From: Cladosporium halotolerans
Taxonomy: Eukaryota
NCBI RefSeq assembly: GCF_011745625.1
Contig: NW_027191469.1
Coordinates: 434,001 to 498,000 of the forward strand
Length of the DNA: 64,000 nucleotides
Reading direction: 5' to 3'
Part shown: positions 11,003-21,243 of the stretch, piece by piece
How the letters are laid out: every line of letters begins with the position of its first letter
Position numbering within the stretch: the first letter of the stretch is position 1
Made by a program: the position numbers and the translations under genes
Notes under the pieces: model-generated
What the model was told of the DNA's origin: nothing
What the model saw: the letters and a program-made list of their open reading frames with translations, nothing else
Database searches by the model: none

Positions 11003-14000
11003 ATGGCCCAGATCGCCTTTGGAGGGGCACCTTTTGGCCCACATGAGAACATCACTCTTTCGCATATTGCGCCCATTGACCAAACAAAGGTCTGTTGGAA
11101 CGATCCTTGGGACACCAGAGGAGCCAAATTTCAACCATGCTTCGTACCAGTCATCGCAGCTTTGCCTGCGCTCGTCGCTGCCATCGTACTATTCTGGAAG
11201 GCGTTGCGGATGGCGATTCCCTGGAGACCTAAGTGGACTCTACCTTTCATTGACGAGAGCCCCGACATGTATCTCGACGAGCTACTGCTTGCCGCAATCA
11301 GCAAGACTAGCGGATACCTCATCATACTCTGGGGTCTGACGGGCGCTGGGTGCGTCGTCTCTTTCGCCAAAGCGACCGTTGCATGGCCTGCTGTGGAAGG
11401 GTTGTTCCAATGTGCACCTTGGTTTCTGGTCATTGGAATGCTCATAACACAGAGACCGCGGACGACTCCGGTGTCTGTTCTCGTCATTTTAGTATCGTAC
11501 ATCCTCTGCCAAAGCGTGGTATTAGCAAGCCACAACCACGCGTCCAGGACACAGCTCGGCCTCGATGGCACATCGTTGTCACTGAGTGTACTTTCCGTCT
11601 TCATTATACTCATGATGCCTCTGAGGGATCCCTCTCTGCCATCACATTCGATTGCTAAGCCTTTCACTGAGGCTACTTCAGGTTTACGCAGCCCAGAGGA
11701 CAACATGACCCTTTGGCAGTTCATGACCGTCTCGTGGATGACTCCCCTGATCCGCGTAGGATGTCAGCGGCAGCTACACGACGAAGATGTCTGGCAATTG
11801 GGGCTCGAGTTTCAACACCGAGGCCTTCACGAAAAATTCAGGCGCCTCAAAGGCACCGTCATGCAGAGATTGCTTCGCGCGAACGGCATCGACCTGGTCA
11901 TCATTACATTGCTGGGCATACTCGAAACGGTCTTGGGATTCACCATTCCCGTCTTGCTCCAAAAGATTTTGAGCTCCATGCAAGACGTTACCGCGCCGAA
12001 ATCAGCGGCACTCACATACGCAGCCATTTCTCTGGGCGTTCAGCTTGTCAAGTGCCAGTCCGGTGTATTCTCGCTCTGGTTTGGGCGGAGATGCTACGAA
12101 CGCTCGAGAGGTGAAATGATCACTATGCTGTACGAGAAGACCTTGGGGCGAAAGATCAGCTTCAATCCGCCGAAGATCAAGTCCGAAGGCGACGAGCAAG
12201 CGGGAAACGGCGCTGAGGCGAATGGAAACGGTCACGCGAAAATCGAAAGGACGTGGACGTCTTGGTTGGGCAGGCTTTTTGCTGTTTTCAAGCGCGGTAA
12301 GAAGGTTGAGGATACCAAGGAACCTGCCTCGATGGGCAAGATTCTTAACTTGATGCGCAACGACGTTTACGAGGTTGCGCAACGCTTTTGGGAATTTCAA
12401 AGCTTGGTCACAAAACCGCTAAGTGTTATCTTCTCTCTGACGCTGGTCGTCAATTTCCTCGGCTGGCCGGCAATGCTGGCTGTAATCTTGATGATTACTG
12501 CACAGGTCACGAATCTGATCCTCGTTCGGTTTCTGGTCGCCTTTGAGACACACCGCAGGAAAGCTACCGATGGCAAGCTCCAGATTGTGTCACAGTTCGT
12601 GGAGGCGATCCGCCATCTGAGATGGTACGGTTGGCAGGATGCATGGTTGAACCAAATCATGAGCGCCCGTCAAAAGGAGCTGAACTGGCGCATTGTGACA
12701 GGTCTCTGGGGCTTGTTGATCAGCTTTGTGAACTCCCTAGCTCTCGACTTATCGCCATCCGTCGGTTTCTTCGCTTACACCGTCATCGGCAAGAAGCCTC
12801 TCACAGTCGACATTGCTTTCCCGGCTCTGACACTCTTCAACCTGCTCACCAACAGCTTGCAAGATCTCCCTGGGCTCATCACAGTCCTTTTGAATGCCTA
12901 CGTGGCCGTCGGTCGCATCGAAGATTTCATGGCAGAGCCGGACAAAGACGAGATGAACACCGTTGCACACGAAGGCGATAGTCTCACCTTGGAAAACGCG
13001 ACATTCGCATGGCCAGGCACGCCTAAGCCCGTCCTCCGCGACATTAACCTCGCATTCCCCGAAGGCCTCAGCGTCATCTGCGGCGAGGTTGCAGCTGGCA
13101 AGACTGCACTGCTTCAGGCATTGCTCGGAGAGTTGGACATGCTGGATGGCAAGCTTACAGGCCCGAGCGAAGCTGTCGGATACTGCGCGCAAACGCCTTG
13201 GTTGCAGAGTATGAGCATCCGCGAAAACATTCTCTTCTCTGCGGAGTACGAAGACGAGCGGTACAGAGATGTTCTGGACGCTTGCGCGCTTACGCCGGAC
13301 CTGCTGGAGTTTACGGCGGGCGATTTGTCGTTCATTGGTGAGAACGGCATTGGACTGTCGGGTGGGCAGAAAGCGAGAGTCGCTCTGGCACGTGCTGCTT
13401 ACAGCCGGTCGAAGATTTTGTTCTTGGACGATCCTCTTTCAGCCCTTGATCAGCAGACAGCAGAGTCGATTGTGCAGAAGCTGTTCGCTGGACCGCTGAT
13501 GAAGGGTCGCACAATCGTGCTTGTCACTCATCGTGTTGATCTTGTGATGGGCATTGCAACACAACTAGTGGAAGTTGAGAATGGAAGGGCTATTGTGCTG
13601 GATAACGATGCACCACCGCCTGACTTCTTGCAGCGTACGGTATCGAATGTCTCTCACGACGAGGCGGATCAGAAGCAAGCAAAACAACGAAAAGAAGCTG
13701 CGGTCCCCGCAAAGTTCATCGAAGACGAGCACAGAGCAACAGGCGGCGTCAAAGCCTACGTGTATTGGGAGTATATCAAGGCTGGCAAATTGAGCTGGTG
13801 GGCTTTGCTTGTTCTCGCTAACATCGCGTATCGCCTGGTTGCTCTCGCAGGAGCTTGGCTGCTCAAGTCGTGGGGCGAGGGCTACCAGACAGAATCTTTC
13901 ACTTTGAGCGCTCTCAAGGAGACTCTTGTCAATGCCCGTGGATCCGGGGTCTTCGACTGGCTACCGCCTCCCAATGAGAACATCAACCCGTGGGTTCTAA

Positions 14001-15511
14001 CCTTCTTCATCATTGGACTTGGCCGCACAACAGTCTTCATCCTCATCCGTGGCATCATGATCCTCATCATCTACACGGCGGGCAAGACAATGTTCCACGA
14101 CATCATGGTCAAAGTCAGCCATGCCAACTTCCGCTTCTACGATGTCACGCCTGTCGGACGACTCATGAACAGAATGACCTCCGACATCAACGTCATTGAT
14201 GGCAATATCAGTGAGCAGTTCAGCGCTGTCACATGGCTCTCCATGTCCTGGATCTCTGCCGTGGCGGTCATTGCGACGGTCACGCCGACTTTCTTGCTTT
14301 TCTCAGTCGCTTTGACGGCAACTTTCATCCTCATTTTCCGACGTTTCTTACCGACTTCGCAAAGTCTGCGACGTCTGGAGATGGTGTCGCTCACGCCGTT
14401 GATGTCCAACTTCGGCGAGCTCCTCAATGGACTGGTAACCGTGCGTGCCTTCAGAGCGCAGGATCGCTTCCAAGACCGAGTCATCCGGGTTGTAGACACA
14501 TTCCAGAAGATGGATCACTTTTATTGGTCATTGCAAGCGTGGCTCATGTACCGCTACGATGCGCTCTCGGCCATCTCGACGTTCCTACTCACGGCCCTTG
14601 CTTTGGTCACAGGCATTTCGCCAGGTCTGACTGCTTTCTTGCTGAACTCAGCCCAGAAGTTCGTGAGCAGCACGCACTACTTGTGCAAGCAGTACGGCCA
14701 GCTACAAATGGAGTTCGTTTCCGTCGAGCGTGTAGTCGAGCTCCTACATATCGAACAAGAACCAGAAGGCAAGATTCACCCGCCAGCGTGGTGGCCTTCA
14801 TTTAGCGGCGACATCGTCTTCGACAACGTCACGATCAAATACGCACCGCATCTCGACCCGGCCCTCGCCGGCGTCTCGTTCACCATACAAGGCGGCTCCA
14901 AAACCGCCGTCATCGGCCGCACCGGCTCCGGCAAAAGCACGCTCGCGCTCACCATGCTCGCCACAATCCTCCCCTCAGACGGCAGCATCGTCGTCGACAA
15001 CGTCGACCTCGCCGCCGTCGACAAGCAGATCCTGCGCACGCGCATCACCTTCCTCGCGCAAGATCCAGTCCTCTTTCCCGGCAGCATGCGGCAGAACCTC
15101 GACCCGCTCGAGGAGCACTCGGACGAGGCCTGCGCGGGCGTGCTGCAGCGCGTCTGCGAGCGCCAGGGCTGGTCCCTCGACACACCAATCGACGGCGGCG
15201 GGCGCAACCTGAGCCAGGGCCAGAGGCAGCTCGTGGGGCTTGCGCGGGCTGTTCTGCGCCGGAGCGCGATTATTATTCTGGACGAGGCGACGGCGAGCAT
15301 TGATGTGGAGACTGCGATGCAGATCCAGCAGGTGTTGCATGAGGAGATGAAGGAGAGTACGGTGATAACCATTGCTCACAGGCTGGAGGCGGTCAGAGGT
15401 GCGGATTATTGCCTTGTGTTGGGCAAGGGCAAGGTTTTGGAGCAAGGGCCGGCGGAGCAGATGTTGAGGGAGAAGCGTGAGAGGTTGGAGAGGGAGGCTG
15501 ATGAGGATTGA
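11003..15511 (+). CDS. Full-length ABCC/MRP-type ABC transporter (1502 aa, intronless)
   Basis: Extra N-terminal membrane segments and two TMD-NBD units. NBD1 has GEVAAGKT, LSGGQ and ILFLDD; NBD2 has GRTGSGKS, LSQGQ and IILDEATAS. Confidence 0.95.
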   Translation: MAQIAFGGAPFGPHENITLSHIAPIDQTKVCWNDPWDTRGAKFQPCFVPVIAALPALVAAIVLFWKALRMAIPWRPKWTLPFIDESPDMYLDELLLAAISKTSGYLIILWGLTGAGCVVSFAKATVAWPAVEGLFQCAPWFLVIGMLITQRPRTTPVSVLVILVSYILCQSVVLASHNHASRTQLGLDGTSLSLSVLSVFIILMMPLRDPSLPSHSIAKPFTEATSGLRSPEDNMTLWQFMTVSWMTPLIRVGCQRQLHDEDVWQLGLEFQHRGLHEKFRRLKGTVMQRLLRANGIDLVIITLLGILETVLGFTIPVLLQKILSSMQDVTAPKSAALTYAAISLGVQLVKCQSGVFSLWFGRRCYERSRGEMITMLYEKTLGRKISFNPPKIKSEGDEQAGNGAEANGNGHAKIERTWTSWLGRLFAVFKRGKKVEDTKEPASMGKILNLMRNDVYEVAQRFWEFQSLVTKPLSVIFSLTLVVNFLGWPAMLAVILMITAQVTNLILVRFLVAFETHRRKATDGKLQIVSQFVEAIRHLRWYGWQDAWLNQIMSARQKELNWRIVTGLWGLLISFVNSLALDLSPSVGFFAYTVIGKKPLTVDIAFPALTLFNLLTNSLQDLPGLITVLLNAYVAVGRIEDFMAEPDKDEMNTVAHEGDSLTLENATFAWPGTPKPVLRDINLAFPEGLSVICGEVAAGKTALLQALLGELDMLDGKLTGPSEAVGYCAQTPWLQSMSIRENILFSAEYEDERYRDVLDACALTPDLLEFTAGDLSFIGENGIGLSGGQKARVALARAAYSRSKILFLDDPLSALDQQTAESIVQKLFAGPLMKGRTIVLVTHRVDLVMGIATQLVEVENGRAIVLDNDAPPPDFLQRTVSNVSHDEADQKQAKQRKEAAVPAKFIEDEHRATGGVKAYVYWEYIKAGKLSWWALLVLANIAYRLVALAGAWLLKSWGEGYQTESFTLSALKETLVNARGSGVFDWLPPPNENINPWVLTFFIIGLGRTTVFILIRGIMILIIYTAGKTMFHDIMVKVSHANFRFYDVTPVGRLMNRMTSDINVIDGNISEQFSAVTWLSMSWISAVAVIATVTPTFLLFSVALTATFILIFRRFLPTSQSLRRLEMVSLTPLMSNFGELLNGLVTVRAFRAQDRFQDRVIRVVDTFQKMDHFYWSLQAWLMYRYDALSAISTFLLTALALVTGISPGLTAFLLNSAQKFVSSTHYLCKQYGQLQMEFVSVERVVELLHIEQEPEGKIHPPAWWPSFSGDIVFDNVTIKYAPHLDPALAGVSFTIQGGSKTAVIGRTGSGKSTLALTMLATILPSDGSIVVDNVDLAAVDKQILRTRITFLAQDPVLFPGSMRQNLDPLEEHSDEACAGVLQRVCERQGWSLDTPIDGGGRNLSQGQRQLVGLARAVLRRSAIIILDEATASIDVETAMQIQQVLHEEMKESTVITIAHRLEAVRGADYCLVLGKGKVLEQGPAEQMLREKRERLEREADED

Positions 15512-15816
15512 TTGCGAGGGAAGGAAGATACATTACGAAAAGCCGACGGATAGACCAGGTCAATCAAAAGTAGGCCGTTCATGACCTCAATCAAAAGAAT
15601 GCTCAGATCAATAACCGATACATACCTGCCCGAGACGTGTTGATGTCCGTGACTTTAATTCGTTGGGTGACGAACGCCAAGCGGCCTCCTCCGCTCTGCT
15701 CCGCAAAGTCGAAGCTCGTGAAAGTGTTCGAGCGAGCCATCCTCCGCCAAAAGGGTCACGGATGCGACTGCGCGACCCGCCAGCATCCCTAATCCTGTCG
15801 CTACATCACCGCCAGC

Positions 15817-17505
15817 ATGTTCACGAGAGCTGCTCTGCGTGCCGCCCGGCCATCATTTTCCAACGCCTCGCGCGCCTACGCACAGTCATCACGGCCATCA
15901 AGACCGCCTCCTCCACCCAGAACATCGAAGCCGCCGCCTGCGCCTAGGCCCGCGCCTGGCAAGAAGGGCGCAGCCGCCGCCGGTGCCGCAAAAGCAGCTC
16001 CCAAGGCGCCGGCTCAGCAGCCCGAGGCGCAGAAGAAGGACATCGACGAGCCTCCCGCGGACAATGTGAGGAGCCAGGCACAGGAGGCGCAGGCGAGCGC
16101 CGAGAACAGCACACAACCAGACCCCAATGCGCCTTCAGAGGCCGAGACGCCCAAGGGCCCTCTGCCCGATCTGAGGCACGGCATTCCCAGCACCTTCGAC
16201 TTCGAGTTCGGCGGCGCGAAGAAGGACCCCAAGGTGGCTGAGACGGAGAAAGAGCAGAACGCGGCAAACGACATGGCGCAGATGGAGGCCGAGGCCGCTG
16301 AGGCTGCCGGTGGACGTGGGAAGAAGGGCGGCGATGAGAAGGAATACTCGCGATCAGATTACGAGACCTCGCTGGACCGCAGACGAGCCCAGACTTTCAA
16401 CTACATGTTCCTGGCTGCTCTGGCCGCGGGTGCTGCGGGCGGCGCATACTTCACTCGTCCTTTCGGCGCTGATGAGGAGGTGCCTCCTGGTCTTGAGCCT
16501 GAGGTCGCCACCGGCTGGGGACCCAGCAAGATGTACGCACGTGTGCGCGCGCGTATGGGCAACCAACTCGGCTACTACACCGAACCTTCGTTCCCTAAGC
16601 TGCTCCCTACCGTGCCTGAGAACCAGCGCCAGCCTTTCACTCTCGTTCTCTCTCTTGAGGACCTGATGATCCACACCACATGGGACCGCAAGAACGGCTA
16701 CCGCACTGCGAAGCGCCCCGGCATCGACTACTTCATCCGCTACCTCTCGCAGTACTACGAGCTCGTCCTCTTCACCTCCGTCCCGATTGCCATGGCCGAC
16801 CCGGTCATCAAGAAGCTCGACCCCTTCCACTTCATCATGTGGCCGCTCGGCCGTGAGGCCACCAAGTACGAGAACGGCGAGTACATCAAGGACCTGGAAT
16901 ACCTCAACCGCGACCTGAGCAAGACGATCATCATCGACACTCACGCCCCGCACGTCAAGAACCAGCCGACCAACGCCATCGTGCTCCCCAAGTGGAAGGG
17001 CGACCCCAAGGACCCGCACACTAAGGACCTCGTCGGCCTGATCCCCTTCCTCGAGTACGTCGCGACGATGGGTATCGACGACGTGCGCCCCGTCATCAAG
17101 TCCTTCGAAGGCAAGGACGTGCCCGAGGAGTTCATGCGCCGCGAGAACGAGGCGCGCAAGCGCTTTCACGAGCAGCTCGAGCAGCAGAAGTCCAAGGCGC
17201 CCAAGTTCTCGCTGGGCGGCATGCTGGGTGCCAACCTAGGCATTAAGGGCGACAAGATGGGCGGCGGCATGGTTCTCGCTGATGGGCAGAGCGTGGCCGA
17301 GGGCCTGGCGCAGGGCAAGATGCTCAGCGACCAGATCCGCGAGCAGGGCCAGAAGCAGTACGAGCATCTGGAGAAGCAGATTCGCGAGCACGGCGCGCAG
17401 TGGCTGAAGGAGGAGGAAGAGGAGACAAAGAAGATGATGGATGCGCAGGTTAAGGAGATGAAGGGAAGTGCGTTCTCTTGGTTTGGCGGCAGCAAAAAGG
17501 AGTAA
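15817..17505 (+). CDS. TIM50: Mitochondrial import translocase subunit Tim50
   Basis: Arg/Ala-rich presequence, one membrane segment and an FCP1-like domain (TLVLSLEDLMIH, AKRPGIDYFIRYLSQYYELVLFTS, KDLEYLNRDLSK). Confidence 0.95.
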   Translation: MFTRAALRAARPSFSNASRAYAQSSRPSRPPPPPRTSKPPPAPRPAPGKKGAAAAGAAKAAPKAPAQQPEAQKKDIDEPPADNVRSQAQEAQASAENSTQPDPNAPSEAETPKGPLPDLRHGIPSTFDFEFGGAKKDPKVAETEKEQNAANDMAQMEAEAAEAAGGRGKKGGDEKEYSRSDYETSLDRRRAQTFNYMFLAALAAGAAGGAYFTRPFGADEEVPPGLEPEVATGWGPSKMYARVRARMGNQLGYYTEPSFPKLLPTVPENQRQPFTLVLSLEDLMIHTTWDRKNGYRTAKRPGIDYFIRYLSQYYELVLFTSVPIAMADPVIKKLDPFHFIMWPLGREATKYENGEYIKDLEYLNRDLSKTIIIDTHAPHVKNQPTNAIVLPKWKGDPKDPHTKDLVGLIPFLEYVATMGIDDVRPVIKSFEGKDVPEEFMRRENEARKRFHEQLEQQKSKAPKFSLGGMLGANLGIKGDKMGGGMVLADGQSVAEGLAQGKMLSDQIREQGQKQYEHLEKQIREHGAQWLKEEEEETKKMMDAQVKEMKGSAFSWFGGSKKE

Positions 17506-17801
17506 GAGCGTTTGTGTGGAAGAGGCTTTCGGCAGGATATATGAAGACTAGGGATTCTTCACTCCTATTGAGATGGTTTTACGGACGGCTGGATGCATGG
17601 GTGCATTGAGCGTTTCTCGGCGGTGTTTTATGGACGCTGTATTGCTACCTTCTTTTTCATCTTGGCCCGAGTCACGAAGAAGCGTGGGACAAGGCGCATG
17701 TCCGTTGTAAGATAAGGCAAAGAAAAATGTACATCACGGTTTCCATTCCACTCGAGGCGCCTTCTATGCCTCTCCCGCCATATCAAGACACCAGCGATCG
17801 C

Positions 17802-18542
17802 TCATAGCGCCAACATGACCCCCGCAACGCCCACCATCGCCCACCCAACACCTCCCACTCTCGCACCCACCGCTCCAGCACCCACGGCTCCAGAACCATT
17901 ATCAAGCCCACTGAAACACTCCCCACCATCCTCCCTCTCCCCGTCCTCCACCGCCCTAACCTCAAAACTCCCCACCCCAATCCCCAACCCCAGACACTCC
18001 CCCTCAACCCCACTCACACACCTCATCCCCCTCACCTCATCCGCGCCCCGCGCACAATCCGGCTCCGCGAAAACGCTCAAGCCGCGCACCGCCAGCTCGC
18101 CGACCTCGCCGAACCCGCTGTCCACGTTGCCGTCGTTCGGCTGCTGATAGCGGACGTTGGTGTAAGATTCGCTGGGGTCGAACGACTGGAGGCCGGAGAG
18201 GGAGTAGGTGAAGGGCGGGACGGTGTGGCCGGGGCGGGAGGCGTTGAGGAGGCCGGCGGTGGAGTTGGCGGTGAAGAGGTTGGCGAGGTTGAAGCAGGTT
18301 GGCGCGAGGGGCGTGGAGCGCGTTGTGAATGTGAGGGCTGTGGAGAAGTCGGTGGTAGAGTTGCAGGGCGATGGGAGGAAGGTGAGGGTTAGGTTCGTGC
18401 TGTTTGAGGAGCGGTCAGTGGGTTGGTTGAGCGGGCGGTTGGGTGGGAGGGTGAGGTACCTTTGCTGGGCGTGCGCGAGGGGAGTTGAGAGGAGGAGGGA
18501 GGCGAGGAGGGTGCTTTTTAGGGTGTGTAGATGGTGATGCAT
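17802..18542 (-). CDS. Putative secreted, possibly GPI-anchored, Cys-containing protein (246 aa)
   Basis: Signal-peptide-like N-terminus (LLASLLLSTPLAHA), six Cys, N-glycosylation sequons and a hydrophobic C-terminus. Confidence 0.7.
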   Translation of the reverse strand: MHHHLHTLKSTLLASLLLSTPLAHAQQRYLTLPPNRPLNQPTDRSSNSTNLTLTFLPSPCNSTTDFSTALTFTTRSTPLAPTCFNLANLFTANSTAGLLNASRPGHTVPPFTYSLSGLQSFDPSESYTNVRYQQPNDGNVDSGFGEVGELAVRGLSVFAEPDCARGADEVRGMRCVSGVEGECLGLGIGVGSFEVRAVEDGEREDGGECFSGLDNGSGAVGAGAVGARVGGVGWAMVGVAGVMLAL

Positions 18543-19248
18543 TATTATGGAATGAATTTGGCGTGGGTGTGTGCTTGTGAATATCGATCAAACGCAACGA
18601 TTTTGGCTCAGTTATTTGAATAATATCGCCAATGAGCCTGAAGTATGTATAGCGAACCCATGGCATTTACAGGAGATGGCGGTGTTCTAATACTCGCTCC
18701 TCATGCACCTCCACGACATGGCACCCAGCGCAACACGAGACGACAAGACGTCCGTGCAGTACATATGGCATTGCTCGAATCCTGCATCAAGACATCCGTC
18801 AAGATCATTTGTCGTTCGTCTTGAGGGAGTCGCGCTTGCAAAGGCCGAGCAGACCAGGAACGTCAGCCAAGCTATTGGGGATCCACATTCGGCATGCTTT
18901 CTACCTCGCGAAGGATCGCGAACCTTGGTATCTCTGTCCTGTCTGATAGTTGTATACCCTGTCGTGCATTCAGCTTTGCTGTCATACTTGAGATTGGGAC
19001 TGTGGGTATATCTGCTTGGAATTTGGACGAGCCGATGAGGGTTTCGTATAGAGAGCCTTGGGGGTACAGGGAGATGCACTTGGATAGTTCCCATACTCTT
19101 GAGGCCGCGGGAGGTCCTGTCGCGATTGTTACCAGGTCAAGGCGAAAGGTTTCAGACGATTTCCTGACACGAGGAGACATATCTGCCCCGCAAACGAACG
19201 TCGTTACAATCATTGACAGAAGACTCTATCCACCATTTCTGACTTAGC

Positions 19249-20391
19249 CTAGTTGCCACTACCAGTACCAGGCGTGTCCTCAATCTTGAAGATATACTTC
19301 ACAGCACTGGCAGTGCCATCCTTCAAGTTACTAAGACCCTTCTCCACACCTCCCAGACCACCCCGAATGACTTCCTGCGGCTGCGCCCTGAACCACCCCT
19401 CCTCCAGGCCCTTGGTCAAAAACCTGCTGTGCACGTACCCAAAGTCCTTCAGCGGCCCATGGACATCGCCAACCGTGGTCGTCGAAAGCTCCACGCCCTG
19501 CTCAAAACCAGAATGCTCCTTACCCGGCAGCACAAACGTCACCGCGCCCTTCGGATCAATCACCTTCGCCAGGTTCTCGACCGACCCCTTCTCCGAGACC
19601 GCGTCGAACGCATGCAGCAGCTTCTGACCCTGCAGCGCGTCCTTGAGTCCTTGCACGACGGCTTCGTCGCCGGAGCGGTAGTCGACGATCGTGTCGCCTT
19701 TGCTGCGGTCGATGAGCTTCTCGACGTGCGCTTGCGCGCGGCCCGCAACGGTGATCAGCGGGTGGATGTTGGATTTCAGCGCGAGCTGGAGAGCGTAGTA
19801 GCCGACGGCGGAGGAGGCGCCGTAGATCACCAGGGGGGTCTTGGTGCCTTCGGCGGCGGGGAGCCAGGGTTCGGGGAGGCGCAGGCGCGCGTAAAGGCCG
19901 AGTGCGGCGGTCAGGGCGGCGAGGGGGACGGCGGCGCCCTCTGGTGGGAGGTGTTAGTTCATGTTCGCGTGTGACGATTTGTGGGATATTTACGCTCAAA
20001 GCTGATGTTCTTGGGCAGGAAGAAGGTGGTGTGCTTCCAAGAGACGGCGTATTCGGCGTAGCTGCCTCCAGGCTTCATCATTTCGTGGAAGGCAGCGACT
20101 CTGTCGCCCTTCTTGAACTCGACAACATTCTCGCCAACTTCGTGGACGATGCCTGAGATGTCGTCGCCTTGGTTCGTGTTTTCGGCGTTAGGGAGCAAGC
20201 CTGATCCGTACTTGTTAGCACAGTGGCGATTTTGAGGGGTTCACAGGACGAATAGTACCGGGCAGTTTCCAGTCCTTGGGGTTGCTTCCAGAGTAGATGA
20301 CCTTGGTGATGACCTGGTCGGGGCCGGGCTTGGGGATGGGCGAGTCAACGATGTTGACCTTAGGGCCAGAAGAAACGAGAGCCTCCTTCAT
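19249..20391 (-). CDS. MDR-family NADPH-dependent enoyl/quinone reductase. Introns 20201-20258 and 19941-19993
   Basis: Spliced product MKEALVSSGPKV...SGSNPKDWK...GDDISG...GSYAEY...AAVPLAALTA...IYGASSAVG; both introns are canonical. Confidence 0.9.
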
Positions 20392-21243
20392 GGTGATATA
20401 TTGGATGTAGAGTTTGCGTGATGTAGCTGTAACTTTACTGTTGTAAGAGATTTGGAGAGGAGTAATTCTTCAAAGGTTGATTCTGTGAGATATTCGAGAG
20501 AACCGTGAAGGTGGGTACAAGTACCGTCCAGATGGATAGTCTCCCCAATGCCTTCACCTATCTTATTTCTAAGCAGCGTTGTCGATGCTCGCTCATTGCG
20601 TCATCCTATCGATTGCCGCGGTCCTCCGTCCCCGCTCCGAGTTATGCATGGGGCGATCGTCGTTATCCTTCAAGTCGCAGATGTTTGTGCTCACCAACGG
20701 CTGCCAAAGGACGGTTGCGCAAGCGGCAGACGCGGTTCGCCATGCATTGCGCAGAATCCAGCCAATCGTTCGTCCCAGGTATGCCCTCGGCCCGTGACAG
20801 ACCCGCAGGTGTTTCAGCTCCGTTGCATCCATAGTGCGCGCTGTAGCAGCAGCATGTCCGCGACCATGCCGTAGGTATAGGTCACGAGGAATCAGTCCAT
20901 GACTGCTAAGAGAATCTATCAGATGTGGCATCCTTCGCGAATCAATCCTCGTCAGCCTCAGCCGCTGGATCGGCCTGCTGCAGCGGCGTTGCTGGGGCTA
21001 CCGGCGGGGCCCGCTTTGTGGACGCCTTGGCGATGTTTCTACCCAAGCGACTAGCTGTTGCAGGCAAGTCACGGCTACTGATGACGGAGAGCTAGAGCAA
21101 GAAACGACCGCCAACACACTCGTTTGCACACTGCTGCGCCGACGCGAACATCCTCGACATTCCCTCCCCATCGATCGCCTTGCAGCACATCCTCCACTAA
21201 CCTCCCGGCTGGCTGGGAGTGAAATCACGACCATCCAGCAAAC

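Noticed and set aside
11003..20391. Secondary-metabolite cluster (ABC transporter plus enoyl reductase)
   Set aside because: No PKS, NRPS or terpene synthase is present, and the genes are interspersed with housekeeping genes.
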